DNA of 63,394 bases, filler included, from Reticulomyxa filosa (lineage: Eukaryota; Protista; Foraminifera), in the NCBI GenBank assembly GCA_000512085.1. It is 14 parts of 14 records of this genome, joined end to end, with 100 filler letters (N's around TTAATTAATTAA, not from the genome) between each part and the next. Parts side by side here need not be neighbours in the genome. Positions count along the whole stretch, not along the records: positions 52,547 to 56,285 come from ASPP01020183.1; positions 56,386 to 59,486 come from ASPP01029167.1; positions 59,587 to 61,713 come from ASPP01000080.1; positions 61,814 to 63,394 come from ASPP01005906.1; 10 more parts are not named here. One strand, given 5' to 3'. A program made the position numbers and the translations under genes. Position 1 is the first letter of the stretch, and every line of letters starts with the position of its first letter. The notes below the pieces were generated by a model. It was given only the letters and a program-made list of their open reading frames with translations, had not been told where the DNA came from and did not search any database. This document shows positions 52,579 to 63,394 of this stretch, piece by piece.

Positions 52579-53330
52579 ATATATGATTGCTTCCAATTTT
52601 TACCTGGAGATGTGCAAGTTGCATTGTTCAGTGCAACTATGCCTGTGGATATTTTGTCATTGACGGATCGTTTCTTGCGTAATCCTGTCCGAATATTAGT
52701 GAAAAAAAAGAACTTACGTTGGATGGTATTAAGCAATACTTTGTCGCCGTTGAAAAAGAAGACTACAAATTTGCTACCTTGTGTGATCTGTATGAGACAA
52801 TGACAATTTCTCAGGCCATCATTTATTGCAACACCCGTCGTAAAGTATGTAATATTTTTTATTTGTGTATGTAGTGTGTTATGATTTGTTGTGCTGTGAA
52901 CTTGTTAAACACGTTGTGGTTTGTGGGTTGATTTTTTTTTTTTTTTGATTGAAAGGTGAGCTGGTTGACTGACCAAATGAAACAACGAGACTTCACTGTG
53001 AGCGCAATGCACGGAGATATGGATCAAAAAGATCGTGAACTGATCATGAAAGAATTTCGTAGTGGTAGCACTCGAGTATTGATCACCACGGATTTGTTAG
53101 CACGTGGTATCGACGTCCACAGTGTATCATTGGTTATTAATTACGATTTACCCATTAATCGCGAAAACTATATTCATCGTATCGGTCGTAGTGGTCGTTT
53201 TGGACGTAAAGGAACTGCTATCAACTTTGTCACCAACGAAGATGAATCAACTTTGCAGGACATTGAACAATTTTACCACACTAAAATTGAGGAGTTGCCT
53301 ATGGATGTTGCTCAAGCCATTCAAACTTAA
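52579..53330 (+). CDS. EIF4A: Eukaryotic initiation factor 4A (DEAD-box helicase), 3' part; apparent frameshift in A8 at 52702-52709
   Basis: [45 protein letters not shown], intron 52845-52955, [42 protein letters not shown]. Confidence 0.93.
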
Positions 53331-54463
53331 TTTAAGGTAGTTAACAAACAAAACATCAAGGGGAGAGGGAAAAAAAGTCAATTATTTGAAAAAAATCAGA
53401 AAAATCTAACAACTTTCTTGTTTCCTTCTTTTTTCGTTATTTTTTTTGGTTTGCGGTACAAGAAATCGTCAATAGTTTGTATTTCATTTTATTTTGTGGT
53501 CAAACAAACAATTTTGGACCAACACACACAACGGGTGGGGGGTGTGATGTTGTGGAAAGCGTCAACAAAGTTTGTTTTCATTTTTTCGAGATTTGAGTAA
53601 GCAGTTCGCGGGTTTTGTTTTTAACTGCTAAAAAAAGGGTAAACAACTGTGAGTTATTGATGTTGGGGTTATTTGTCAGATTGATGCATTAATTTGTACC
53701 TTTTTCTTTTTGGCGCAACTTTGAGGCTTTTCAAACTATTTTGTACCGAAAACAACGAAAAGCATACCGTATGCGACTTCAATTCATCAAAATTTTGAAT
53801 CGAAAATCGGTTTAGCTTCTTAAGCAAACCATAACACATTAATGAAAAGTTAGCGGAATCTTAATTTTTATAAATTGAACATTTCCATTTATCTAAAAAA
53901 AGTAAAAGATGATAAAACAGTTGAACAGTTGAAACTCGTGGACAAGCCAAAGAAGCAGTACAAGTTTCGCAATATCAAAAACCTACGATTGAAATACTCA
54001 AAAAATGTTGTCGACGCAGTGATATTTCTTTTTAAAAAACTCAAGAATAATAACCCAAGCGTGACAACACTCGTAGCACCCCATTACATCAACCGTCTCC
54101 AAACAAAAGTAAACTTCAAACCAAAAGTTACAAAAAGGAGACAAAATTCAAAGTACAAACATGAAAAGCGAATAAAACGGGTCGTTCAACACATCTTTTT
54201 TCCAAAAAAATATCTGCAAAAAATAAAAAATAAAAAGCGTGTCGCTAAGAAAGTCTTTTTTTTAACGAAAATGAAGGACCCTTGATAAAAAAAAAGAAAA
54301 AAAAAAAAAGGGAACTGTTGGCATTAACGTAAAAATTAAAAAAAAGTAAAATTATGAAAGGGACAAAAAAACTACAAAAAAAAAGAAAAAAAGAAAAAAA
54401 GAAAAAAAGAAAAAAAATAAAAAAAAATAAAGAATAATAAAAAAGGAACCCAACTACCACAGT

Positions 54464-56194
54464 TTAGAGTCTGGACCAGTGTCGTTGCCAATGATGTGGC
54501 GTTTCTTCACTCGAACTGGAATCAGAGTCTATAATGAAATGAAAGAACAAATGATATTATAAGAACGTGCCGTAGTGTTAAAAAAAAGTGTCTTACGTAC
54601 CAGGACGTTTGTGACAAGGGGAAGTATTGCAGCTCTCGAACATTTGCGCCTCGCCCACGCAATTATCAGCGGGAATATTGACGTCACAAACAGATACACA
54701 GTCACGACGCCATTCTTGTCTTCCACCACCACTAATTGGTTTACAACAATAATTTTTTTTGTTTTACAATTCAGAACAAAGACAAAAAAAAAAAAAAAAA
54801 ATTAAGGAGATATTACCAAGATCTGCTGCAAGAGCCATAACGATACCAAGGACTGTATTTTCCTTTTGCACAAACATTTGCACAAGGATCAGGAACAGTC
54901 AAATATCGTTGGCCTGCGCAACGATTCCAGCCACCCAAGGTTGCTTCGCCATTACAAGCGCCAGGAACATTTCCGTTCAAAGTGATACTCACGAGTTGTG
55001 AATGCCCTGGTTCGACATCCACGCTCCAATACCAATATGTTTCATAAATGCGACCTGCTGGTTTCAATTCATGCGTAATGGTGTTTAGGTATTCGCTTTG
55101 AAAAGATACCAAAGAACAGTCACATCCAACGCTCACAATGACATCACTCAACATCATTGGCTGGTCATGTGGAGTGCAAAATATTGGCGGAGGTATTTTA
55201 TGTGTGGAGACTTTGTAATAAAAAGTCGTCAAGTCTTTCGTTGTATCATACGTTCGATTTTCGAAATCAATGCTCCATTCCACCATTGATATATCATCAC
55301 AAACGCTGTCACACATGAAATCTGGGTACAATACATCTTTTGTTAAGCAGTTGTGCCATGGAATGGGATCCGGCGATGTCCTGTCTGTCTCGTCCGCGTG
55401 ACGTAAATCACTGTCACTGTCACTGTTATCATGCCAGTGACGTTCATTCCAAAAGTTGCTGCTACTACTACTACTGCTACTACTACTACTGCTGCTGCTA
55501 CTACTTCTGTCCCAGTGACGTTCATTCCAGAATCCGTTGTCACTACTGCTGCTACTGCTGCTACTGCTGCTGCCACTGCTGCTACTACTGCCTTTATGGA
55601 TTGGATGCAATGGACAAATGTCAGGCGATAGTACAGTTCCTTCAACATAACGACTATCTCCAAGGAGACGGTATTTTCCTTCTTGCAGTGATACATAGCC
55701 ATTGATAACCAATGACAAATCTATGCATTGTCCTGCAGATACTGATACTTGCCATAACCACAATTCGTACAAATCCCCAATATATCCATGCGGGATCATT
55801 TCCTTTGTCACGTGGCCCAATTGCTCTGATAGGTCACATCCGCATGGGGCTTGTATCCACAATTGCGTTAGCGTTGCTGGCTTGTCGTGTGAATTGCAAG
55901 CCGAGGGTGGGTTCGTAGCTATACACACACACACAACACACACATACATAGCACACGTATGAAAGTGAACAGACACATTTCATGTCACCTTTTTTTTCGG
56001 AAAGACTATCAACCAATGTTGTTTCTACCAACAAACAAACTCCTTACCAGCAGTGCAAACTTTGTATGTGATTTCGGTTTGATCACTCATGGCATCGTAT
56101 TGCAAATTTGCCACATTGATCGTCCATTCTGCCTTTGTCTGGTCACACTCCGTACGATAGGAAGGACACGGCACGTCGCTGGGAGGGAAGCAGC
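54464..56194 (-). CDS. Cys-rich, probably extracellular protein: two copies of an unidentified domain, Ser-rich spacer, C-terminal thrombospondin type-1 repeat; 5' truncated
   Basis: Exons 56194-56048, 55918-54817, 54731-54601, 54528-54464; spliced YSPWYRYGSCSRSCGGGRQEWRRDC..CVG..ESCNTSPC fits TSP1. Confidence 0.75.
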
Positions 56195-56285
56195 CTTTTT
56201 TTTTTTGTTGTTTATTTGGTTTGGTAAAAGGACAACATCATCAACAAGGAAAAAGCGATAATCCAAAAAAAAAAAAAAAAAAAAA

Positions 56286-56385
56286 NNNNNNNNNNNNNNN
56301 NNNNNNNNNNNNNNNNNNNNNNNNNNNNNTTAATTAATTAANNNNNNNNNNNNNNNNNNNNNNNNNNNNNNNNNNNNNNNNNNNN
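56286..56385. other. Artificial contig linker
   Basis: N44-TTAATTAATTAA-N44. Confidence 0.98.
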
Positions 56386-56529
56386 AAAAAAAAAAAAAAA
56401 TATATATATATATATCGAAAATAATGTTTTGTCAACCGATCAAAAACATCAATATATATATACATATACATATATATGTTTATGTATATGTATGTATGTA
56501 TACGTGTACATAAAACATACACACAAACT

Positions 56530-57002
56530 TGAACTTGCGCTTTTCTATCGACTGGGTGAAGTTTGAACTGCTATCAGCTGTAGAAAACATGCTTTGTGAA
56601 TCCCTCTTTGCGGGTGATGGAAAGGAGAGAGGACGTGCTGGATGGATTGATTGCTTTGTTCCTGTTGGAGATTATACATTTGTGCCATGAGGGGAAAGGG
56701 AAGGAGAAATGCTGTTCTCTTTGCAAAGCTTCAAAGCAAAAGCAATGTCGCTAAACACCTGAATAGAATAGCGGATTCCTCTGTCGTGGGGGGTTAAATG
56801 GCATGTTTCGCAAACCAAAGCTATGTGCTCCTGTTGGATTTGGAATTAGTCGAGAAGTTGAAGAAACAGAGGCTGGATTTGTGGTATTCTCCTTTCTGTT
56901 GTCACTTATTTTGGCTATTGGATTGGCTCCATGGCCTTGATTTGCCAGTTGCCCGAGTGATTCCCAAGTTTTGCTATCCAAAGCATTATCGTTCTTTATC
57001 AT
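56530..57002 (-). CDS. 5' exons of a hypothetical Ser/Pro/Asn-rich protein (3' truncated)
   Basis: ATG-initiated ORF 57002-56751 and a following exon-like stretch ending at a TA-rich intron; no domain recognised. Confidence 0.35.
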
Positions 57003-58726
57003 AGTTTTTAAGAGAAGAGTTTAGGACGCAAAAGGTTTTTTTCTACCTAAAGTTTTTTCTTTTTTCAAGTAAAATAATCTGTATCTAATTGGAAAAATTA
57101 AAAATTGCAGCAGTATTTTTTAAGATTTGTTTGTTTAGAAAATTATTTCTTTGCATTCAAATATGTTTCAGTTTTTGATACAACAAAAGATATTGTGTAT
57201 TGTTGTAACTCGTTAACAATTGGGCTCTCATTAAAAAGAAAATTATTATACAAATGACACAAGACCTGAACAAGAAAACGTGGCTATACCTGCTCGAAAC
57301 AGTGAGATCTGTCTTGAAGAGCGTTTGACTTCACTGGCTCGTCAAACGTACAAACCTTTAGAGATCAAAAGAAATGTTGAGAATATACAAAAAGCATCAC
57401 AATAACATGTATATCGACATTAAAACAATCAATAAATAGAAGCATTACAATGGGACTAATCACATATCAAAGAATGCAAGAAGATATTTTATATGTTGTT
57501 CGAATGAATGGTGATGATATTTGTAATGGTGTTCGTACTGTTGAGCAAGCGATATTTCTCATATTAGATTGTATCATCCAATGTTTTTTTCTCCACAAAG
57601 TTAATGATTGTATTGTGTCTGCAAAAAGGAAATAACAGCAAACACGTATACATATAATGAAAGGTGATAAACAAAAAAGAATTGAATATTCATCAAATCA
57701 AACATCGATTGATTGATTAATTTTTTAAAATTATCCTTCACCATTGTGTAATGCTTACTTGAAGAAATTTTTGTGGATACGTCGTCATATACAAGTACTT
57801 TGGAAGCAAAGAAAATAAGTACTGTGATGTATACGTTTGATTTGGTTGTGTTAGAGAAAAGGAAAAAAACTAAAATAATTTCATGAAAGCAGGTGTGATG
57901 CATTATAAAAGAAAGTAGCCAATGTTATCTCCTAAGAGCTGGGACAATTATTGTCTTCCCGTTTTCGCAGGCCTTGGCTTCGACAAACAAAGAGTATCTT
58001 CGGTGGTGGGATACTTAAAGCAGCGATCAGTAACAGAGAATTCACAATATGAAGAAGCCGAAGAGCTGATCATATACTACGTAACAATGCGTGTGCTTTT
58101 AATAAATAATTTTTGTTCCAATTTTGTTTGTGATTTTTGATTGAAGTATGTTCTAGTATTGCTGTTTTTGGATATCACTTTTATTGTGTATATTTTTGAA
58201 AACATAACCGAAGAAAAAAAAACACGAATCAGTTTAATCAGTACCGATCAAATGGCATATCAACTGTTTTTTTCCGAGATGAAAAATGATAAGTGTGAGA
58301 CGTTCTTGAGTTTTTCAGAAATGGGTCATTTTTTGTGGTTTGTGGGTCATTTTTGAACCAATTATTTGAAAAAAAGCACTTTTTGTCAAAAAAAAAATTT
58401 CCAAAAGTGTTGGATGGGGGGATGTAGTTCAAGTTTTTTTATGTTCGTTTTTGTAATGCCGTCTTTTCGACAACAAAGACTAAAGTCCCAATGGCCTTTG
58501 CTTCCAGAAAACAAAAGAGGAAGAGTATTGGAAGCAAATCATGGAAGTAAAGAGACGATTGAAGACATTAGAAAAGTCTTCTCAAGGAAAAGACATAAGC
58601 TATTGGATAATTTTAAATAAGCGATTAAGCAAATCGTCAAAAAAACTCGATTAATCGCTTGTCAGGCATGTGAACCGCGTCGTCAAGCACAAGATTGAAT
58701 AATTGAAAAATCTTAATGTAAAGATT

Positions 58727-58890
58727 TACAACAACCGCCGACAAGTGGATTGTGCGAGGCATTAAGAAAGCTGACATCCAGCGAACTGGAACAAAACTAC
58801 AAATTGCCTGATGGCCAAGTAATCACCGTTGGTGCTGAACGATTGCGATGCCTAGATATTTTGTTCAAACCAAAGTTCATTGGATTTGAA
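58727..58890 (+). pseudogene. Actin gene fragment (approx. residues 230-270)
   Basis: [38 protein letters not shown] vs actin [37 protein letters not shown]; isolated, with invariant residues substituted. Confidence 0.8.
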
Positions 58891-59077
58891 ATCTTGATTG
58901 TGAAAGGAAACCACAAAAAAGGGTATATTTATGTGAAAAAAAAAAGGAGTAATAACTTTTTTTTATCTTTACAAAAACAAAACAAAAAAATAAATAGAAA
59001 TTCAAGAACAAACCTGATAACATACCTGGTTGTGCCACTTGTTAGGAATTGAAAAAGTAATAGTATGGAATCCTTCA

Positions 59078-59310
59078 GTCAACTACACTCTGTCAGTGCT
59101 GTCTATAATATCAAAGGGAGTGGATGATATGACTACTGGACGTATTGGACAATGAACTTCGTTTTTATCCAACGAACCCAACTGGCCGCTTTGGTATTTG
59201 TTCAAGATCATTCAGGACAATTGAACGCTACAACTAATGACGGAAAAGGCAACTGTAATGGAGGATTTACCCCATCAATTCATATCCAAACTGCTAAAGA
59301 TCCTTGGAAA
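59078..59310 (+). pseudogene. EF-1alpha-like (EFL) elongation factor fragment, internally deleted
   Basis: VSAVYNIKG/VDDMTTGRIGQ (one frameshift) matches the EFL domain-2 motif SGxYKIKGVGDVxxGRxEQG; then ALVFVQDHSGQL..GFTPSIHIQTAK resembles domain 3. Confidence 0.65.
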
Positions 59311-59486
59311 TCAAATGAAAAATTGGAAAAGCAACAAGCAATGCAAAAGTTGAGGGCGCAACTTTCATTGAGGCCAGTAACCAAGCTGAATCATATTTGC
59401 TTCAAAAATGACATTAGTTGTGACTATTGAGTATGTCAAAAAGAATTTCTTGTATATATATGAATATCACGTATAATATAATAATT

Positions 59487-59586
59487 NNNNNNNNNNNNNN
59501 NNNNNNNNNNNNNNNNNNNNNNNNNNNNNNTTAATTAATTAANNNNNNNNNNNNNNNNNNNNNNNNNNNNNNNNNNNNNNNNNNNN
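59487..59586. other. Artificial contig linker
   Basis: N44-TTAATTAATTAA-N44. Confidence 0.98.
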
Positions 59587-60326
59587 CTTAATAAAAAACC
59601 AAAATGATATTTAAAAACTACATGATTTGTAGATATTTTTTTTAAATGAAAAAAAAATTTTGATTAAATGTTGTTTTTTCATTTATAAACATAATCATCT
59701 CTATAAGGTGGCATTTTATGTGTCAACTTTCTTTTTTATCTTACTGTAATTTAAATTTTCATTTATCACTTTTTATTTTTTTATTTGTTGAATCAACATT
59801 GAAATCCTTTTTTTTTCATAATTTGATAAGTTTAGGTCAAGTCAATATTATAAAATCTCAAACACTAATGGAACCCTCGGTTGGTTAAAACTATCTTCAC
59901 AATGCAACTCACTTTGGTGTTTTATTTACTTGTTTTCCTTTATTGTGTTGAAATTATTTTTATTAATTTAATTTACTTTTACTGAAGTTGCTTTTTGGAA
60001 CTAAGTTACTTTCGTATTACACTTAGTCGTCTCAATATTCCTACAGTTGTTTATTTTTGAACTTCAAAATTTTTTTGCTTTACTTGTTCATAATGTCTTT
60101 TCAATCCTCAAAAATTTGTATAAATTTTTTTATTTTTTAACATTTTAGTTGCAATTAATTTCAATTATTGTTAGCGTTAATTATTTTAATGGTTATTAAT
60201 GACAACATGTTTTTAAATGCATATTTGCTGAAGATCTGTTCGTACTATGGACAACGTGTGGATGGTTATATACAATACTAATTGCTTAAAAAGTTTTTCA
60301 TCACACGAATGCAGGCGAAGAAAGTA

Positions 60327-61629
60327 CTACTCGGTTTTTTGTGGTTGATTTTTTGCATTCTGTTTTTGTTGTTTTTCCAGCTTTTCTTGTTCTTGCATTA
60401 ATTTTTTATCTGCTTTGCTTTGTTTACGAGACTTTTTTTCAGAAATATCGTCGATGACAACTAAATCGGCACGATTGATACAATGTTGAAAAGCATTAAT
60501 CCATGCATCTCTATCCTCTTGATTTTTGCACTTGAAAGCCCAAATTCGTTCAGAAGTGCTGACACGGAATTCATTATCTCCAACGCGCTTAATCATGAAC
60601 GCCCACATGAAATCGGCAATTCCTTTCATCGATTTCTCTTTCATTTTTTCACTATCATAGTACGTCAAAGTTTTGTCTTTGCGTAGCACGCAAAATCGTT
60701 TTTTCCATGTTTTGATGCTCCCGCCTTGTTTGGTCATCCAACCTTTGCGAATGACTCCTTGAGCTTTGTCTTCCTCGGTCTGCTCTTCAGTAAATTTGGG
60801 GCTGGCACTAGCGGTGGGGGATTTAACACTTTCTGAATCATTGCCAGCATCATTTTCATCTTCTTTTACTTTTTTACGTTTTGCGACTTCGCTTATAGAA
60901 ATGGTGTATTGCTGGCAGCAAGTATCGCACAAGCACCAATTGCCGAAAAATTGTTGTGATATCCAGCAAGGACAGTCATACGTATACAATACCCCATACA
61001 TTGTCGATTGACATTTTGGGTTTTGACAACACCAAGGCATTGGATTTTTTGGAATAGGGCCGACCAAAGGGTAAGGATGTAGTGACGTCATACGTTGCGA
61101 TGTCTTTTCTTCTTTATCTTTATCTGTCTCCAATGCGCTCGCGTATTTTTGGGCAAAGTGCATTTGAATGCCCCCTTTCAATCCAGGTAACATTGCCGGG
61201 CGTATGAGTGAGCCAGTTTGAGATGACGGACCTCCAGGAGTGTCCTTTTAAATAATAATAATAATAATAATAATTAACAATAATAAAAATAATAAAACAG
61301 AGGTTATTAACATACCACAAAACAAATAAATAAATACACGTAGTATTCAAAATTAATGCATACAAAAATATACAGACGCACCCACAACGTATACACAAAC
61401 ACATACAAAATGATCAACAAACACAAAATAAACCAAACTTCTTCCTTATTTTCTTGTTTAGGTTCCTCTGGTTGATCAGTTTTGTTCTCGTCTGGGGGCA
61501 CTTCAAAGGAGTAGACGTCACTAAATTTTCCTTCTGCAATGTACATGCACAGCACGCCAGATATGTCGTCGCCGATTACGCCAAGAAAACAATCTTGTTC
61601 CACGTTGGTCGGATAAGGGCCCGGCATGC
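60327..61629 (-). CDS. PH-domain protein with an upstream Cys/His cluster; 5' truncated
   Basis: RKGWMTKQGGSIKTWKKRFCVL..LTYY..RDAWINAF is a canonical PH domain; intron ~61437-61245. Confidence 0.85.
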
Positions 61630-61713
61630 CTTTATGTATATGTATTTGTTTTTTCATCTATTTGTTCAAACAAGTTTGGATACTTGTTTTTTGGAGAAAG
61701 GAAAACCTTTTTT

Positions 61714-61813
61714 NNNNNNNNNNNNNNNNNNNNNNNNNNNNNNNNNNNNNNNNNNNNTTAATTAATTAANNNNNNNNNNNNNNNNNNNNNNNNNNNNNNN
61801 NNNNNNNNNNNNN
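61714..61813. other. Artificial contig linker
   Basis: N44-TTAATTAATTAA-N44. Confidence 0.98.
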
Positions 61814-61853
<40 letters not shown>

Positions 61854-61883
61854 AAAGAAAAAAATTCAGTATTCGTTACATAC

Positions 61884-62367
61884 TTGCAAACAACGGCCAG
61901 TTGCTGCTCCGTGAGTGTTTTCCCAGTTATTCGAATGACGTCGCCTATGCTACCAGCTCCACAGTACTCCATTACAATCTATATGATTAGCATTGCATGA
62001 ACGTGTGGTTTTTTTCTCCCTCCCTTAAAGTCTCTCTCTCTCCACTTGTTGTTTTTGTTACCCATAATTCATTGCCGTTCCGACAAGACTCGATGTAATT
62101 CACCACATACTTTGAATGACATTTTTTCAAAATGCTAATTTCCTGGCGCAATTCTTTCACATTATCCGTTTCAATTGGTACCACTTTTATTGCTACCACT
62201 TCTGAGGTTTCACAGTTCAGTGCCTTCACCACTTCCCCAAACGAACTGTTTCACACATAATCTTCCAAGTTGTCCAAATCAACAACAACTGGGCAAATAA
62301 ATATAAGCACTCACCCGCCTCCAAGTGAGCCGATAATTTGATATTTTGATGCTGTATCGCTTGCCAT
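61884..62367 (-). CDS. STE20-family (MST/Hippo-like) Ser/Thr kinase, first three exons
   Basis: LGGG/SFGEVVKA..VAIKVV..EISILKKC.SKYVVNY..ELW/IVMEYCGAGSIGD..LTEQQ, characteristic of MST1/2-type kinases. Confidence 0.88.
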
Positions 62368-62882
62368 TACATATACCTTTTTTTAGTTTTTTTGGTTTGA
62401 CCACTTTTTTAGCTCAAGCACAACAGAGTGAACCTCATACTTTTAGGAAGATAAGTTTTGTTGTTAAAAGCAGTGCCATATTTTAGATCTATAACATCGC
62501 CGACGCCATACTTGAATTTTTAAAATAACAATACCATGTCACGATCATCCAACAAAACGAAACATAATACTATTAACATTGTTTCTTAAGATTGTTGCTT
62601 TATTTTTGTATTTTTTAAACAAAGACCAAAACTTTTCACGTAAATATGTTGAAGTTCTGCGCTACTCCCAAGTTTTTGAGTCGTTCATCTCCTGTTAACT
62701 ATTTGTCTATATATTGCAACACGGTATGACTCTATTTTTAATATTGATATCAGTGGTTCTTGGCTTAATTTTTTTTTTTAATATTTTCCTCTTTGGAACT
62801 ACTCTCTCCAAAAGCGCGTAAAAAAATAGTATCTCTGTTATGGGGGAAAAAATGAAACAGAGTTTGAGTAACAAGTATCACA

Positions 62883-63051
62883 ATGACAGAAGAAAAACAT
62901 GAGGTTGGAGCACAAGAAGTTGGAGGTTTGGACGATGATGAAGATCAAACTTTGACATTGGTATCTATGGAAGAAACCGATCCACAAAAATTTGTCATTA
63001 GCAAAAAGGCGGCAGAAATGTGCAAATTAGTCAGGAGTATCTTAGAAGGAG
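62883..63051 (+). CDS. SKP1: SKP1-like protein, first exon
   Basis: TLTLVSME..KFVISKKAAEMCKLVRSILE matches the SKP1 POZ N-terminus; GT donor at 63052. Confidence 0.7.
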
Positions 63052-63394
63052 GTTTGTTTTATCCCCTCCCACTTTCTTCGCCCCCTTTTGTATTTTTTTT
63101 TTTTTTGTCCTATACCTTCCCGAAGGAATTTAAATTACAAAAAAAAAAAAGGTGCGAAATGACGTTTTTTTTCACTCTTCTGACAAAAAAAAAAAAAAAA
63201 ACTGGGGCTACCATAAAACTTTTTACAAAATTGCACATTCCTTATTTTCGCGTACATGCGATTTATTACCTATTTATAACCCCTCATCTTTTCCATTATT
63301 TTTTAGCAAATTACAAATTTTTTTATACGTAATCTAAAAAAAACTCTCACCTCTCTCCATAAAAAAAAACAAAAACAAAACAACACACCCCAAC

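Noticed and set aside
53875-54460. Lys-rich and Phe-rich ORFs between eIF4A and the TSP1 gene
   Set aside because: Products of A/T homopolymer-rich intergenic or 3' UTR sequence.
19888-61813. Thirteen identical TTAATTAATTAA elements as a biological repeat or CRISPR-like array
   Set aside because: Each is centred in exactly 44+44 N and gives stops in all six frames: an assembly linker.
5841-63051. UBC12, SKP1, WD40 and kelch genes as a clustered cullin-ligase locus
   Set aside because: SKP1 and the kelch remnant are on different contigs from UBC12; co-occurrence in this window is not evidence of linkage.
1-63394. Alternative genetic code with stop-codon reassignment
   Set aside because: Genes end at expected positions with TAA (UBC12, eIF4A), TGA (RPL3, ZIP) and apparently TAG (TRAF-like, PH), and long exons have no internal stops.
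1-63394. Prokaryotic defence systems, operons, rRNA, tRNA, telomeric repeats or intact transposases
   Set aside because: None seen by eye; the sequence is spliceosomal-intron eukaryotic DNA. A covariance-model search would be needed to exclude small RNAs.

Overview
AT-rich, intron-containing eukaryotic DNA, not prokaryotic. The window is 14 contigs joined by 13 identical artificial 100-nt linkers (N44-TTAATTAATTAA-N44), so adjacency across linkers is unproven. Gene content (EFL-type elongation factor remnant, foraminifera-like actin remnant, expanded WD40/TPR/kelch/NACHT-HEAT/TRAF/HSPA12 families, many pseudogenes) suggests a foraminiferan such as Reticulomyxa (inference, no search run). Recognisable genes: UBC12, RPL3 (3' exon), ABCA transporter (5' half), ZIP transporter, DHHC palmitoyltransferase, XRN fragment, HSPA12-like, EXD2-like, eIF4A (3' part), STE20/MST kinase (5' part), SKP1 (exon 1), three WD40 genes, a TPR gene, a TRAF-like RING protein, a 7TM protein, a PH protein and a Cys-rich TSP1 protein. 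Best candidates for something new: (1) an exactly 99-nt phase-0 exon encoding a W-I-R..G-W-I-x-D/E-F..I-I-x-x-Y module in front of three HET-E-like WD40 propellers, echoed at the end of a kelch remnant, possibly an undescribed adaptor box; (2) decayed NLR-like NACHT-HEAT genes beside those WD40 genes, suggesting a birth-and-death recognition repertoire; (3) introns with A-rich rather than pyrimidine-rich acceptors; (4) a TSP1 protein with poly-Ser/W-x-x-R-H-W units. Several single-base frameshifts in homopolymers are most likely sequencing errors.
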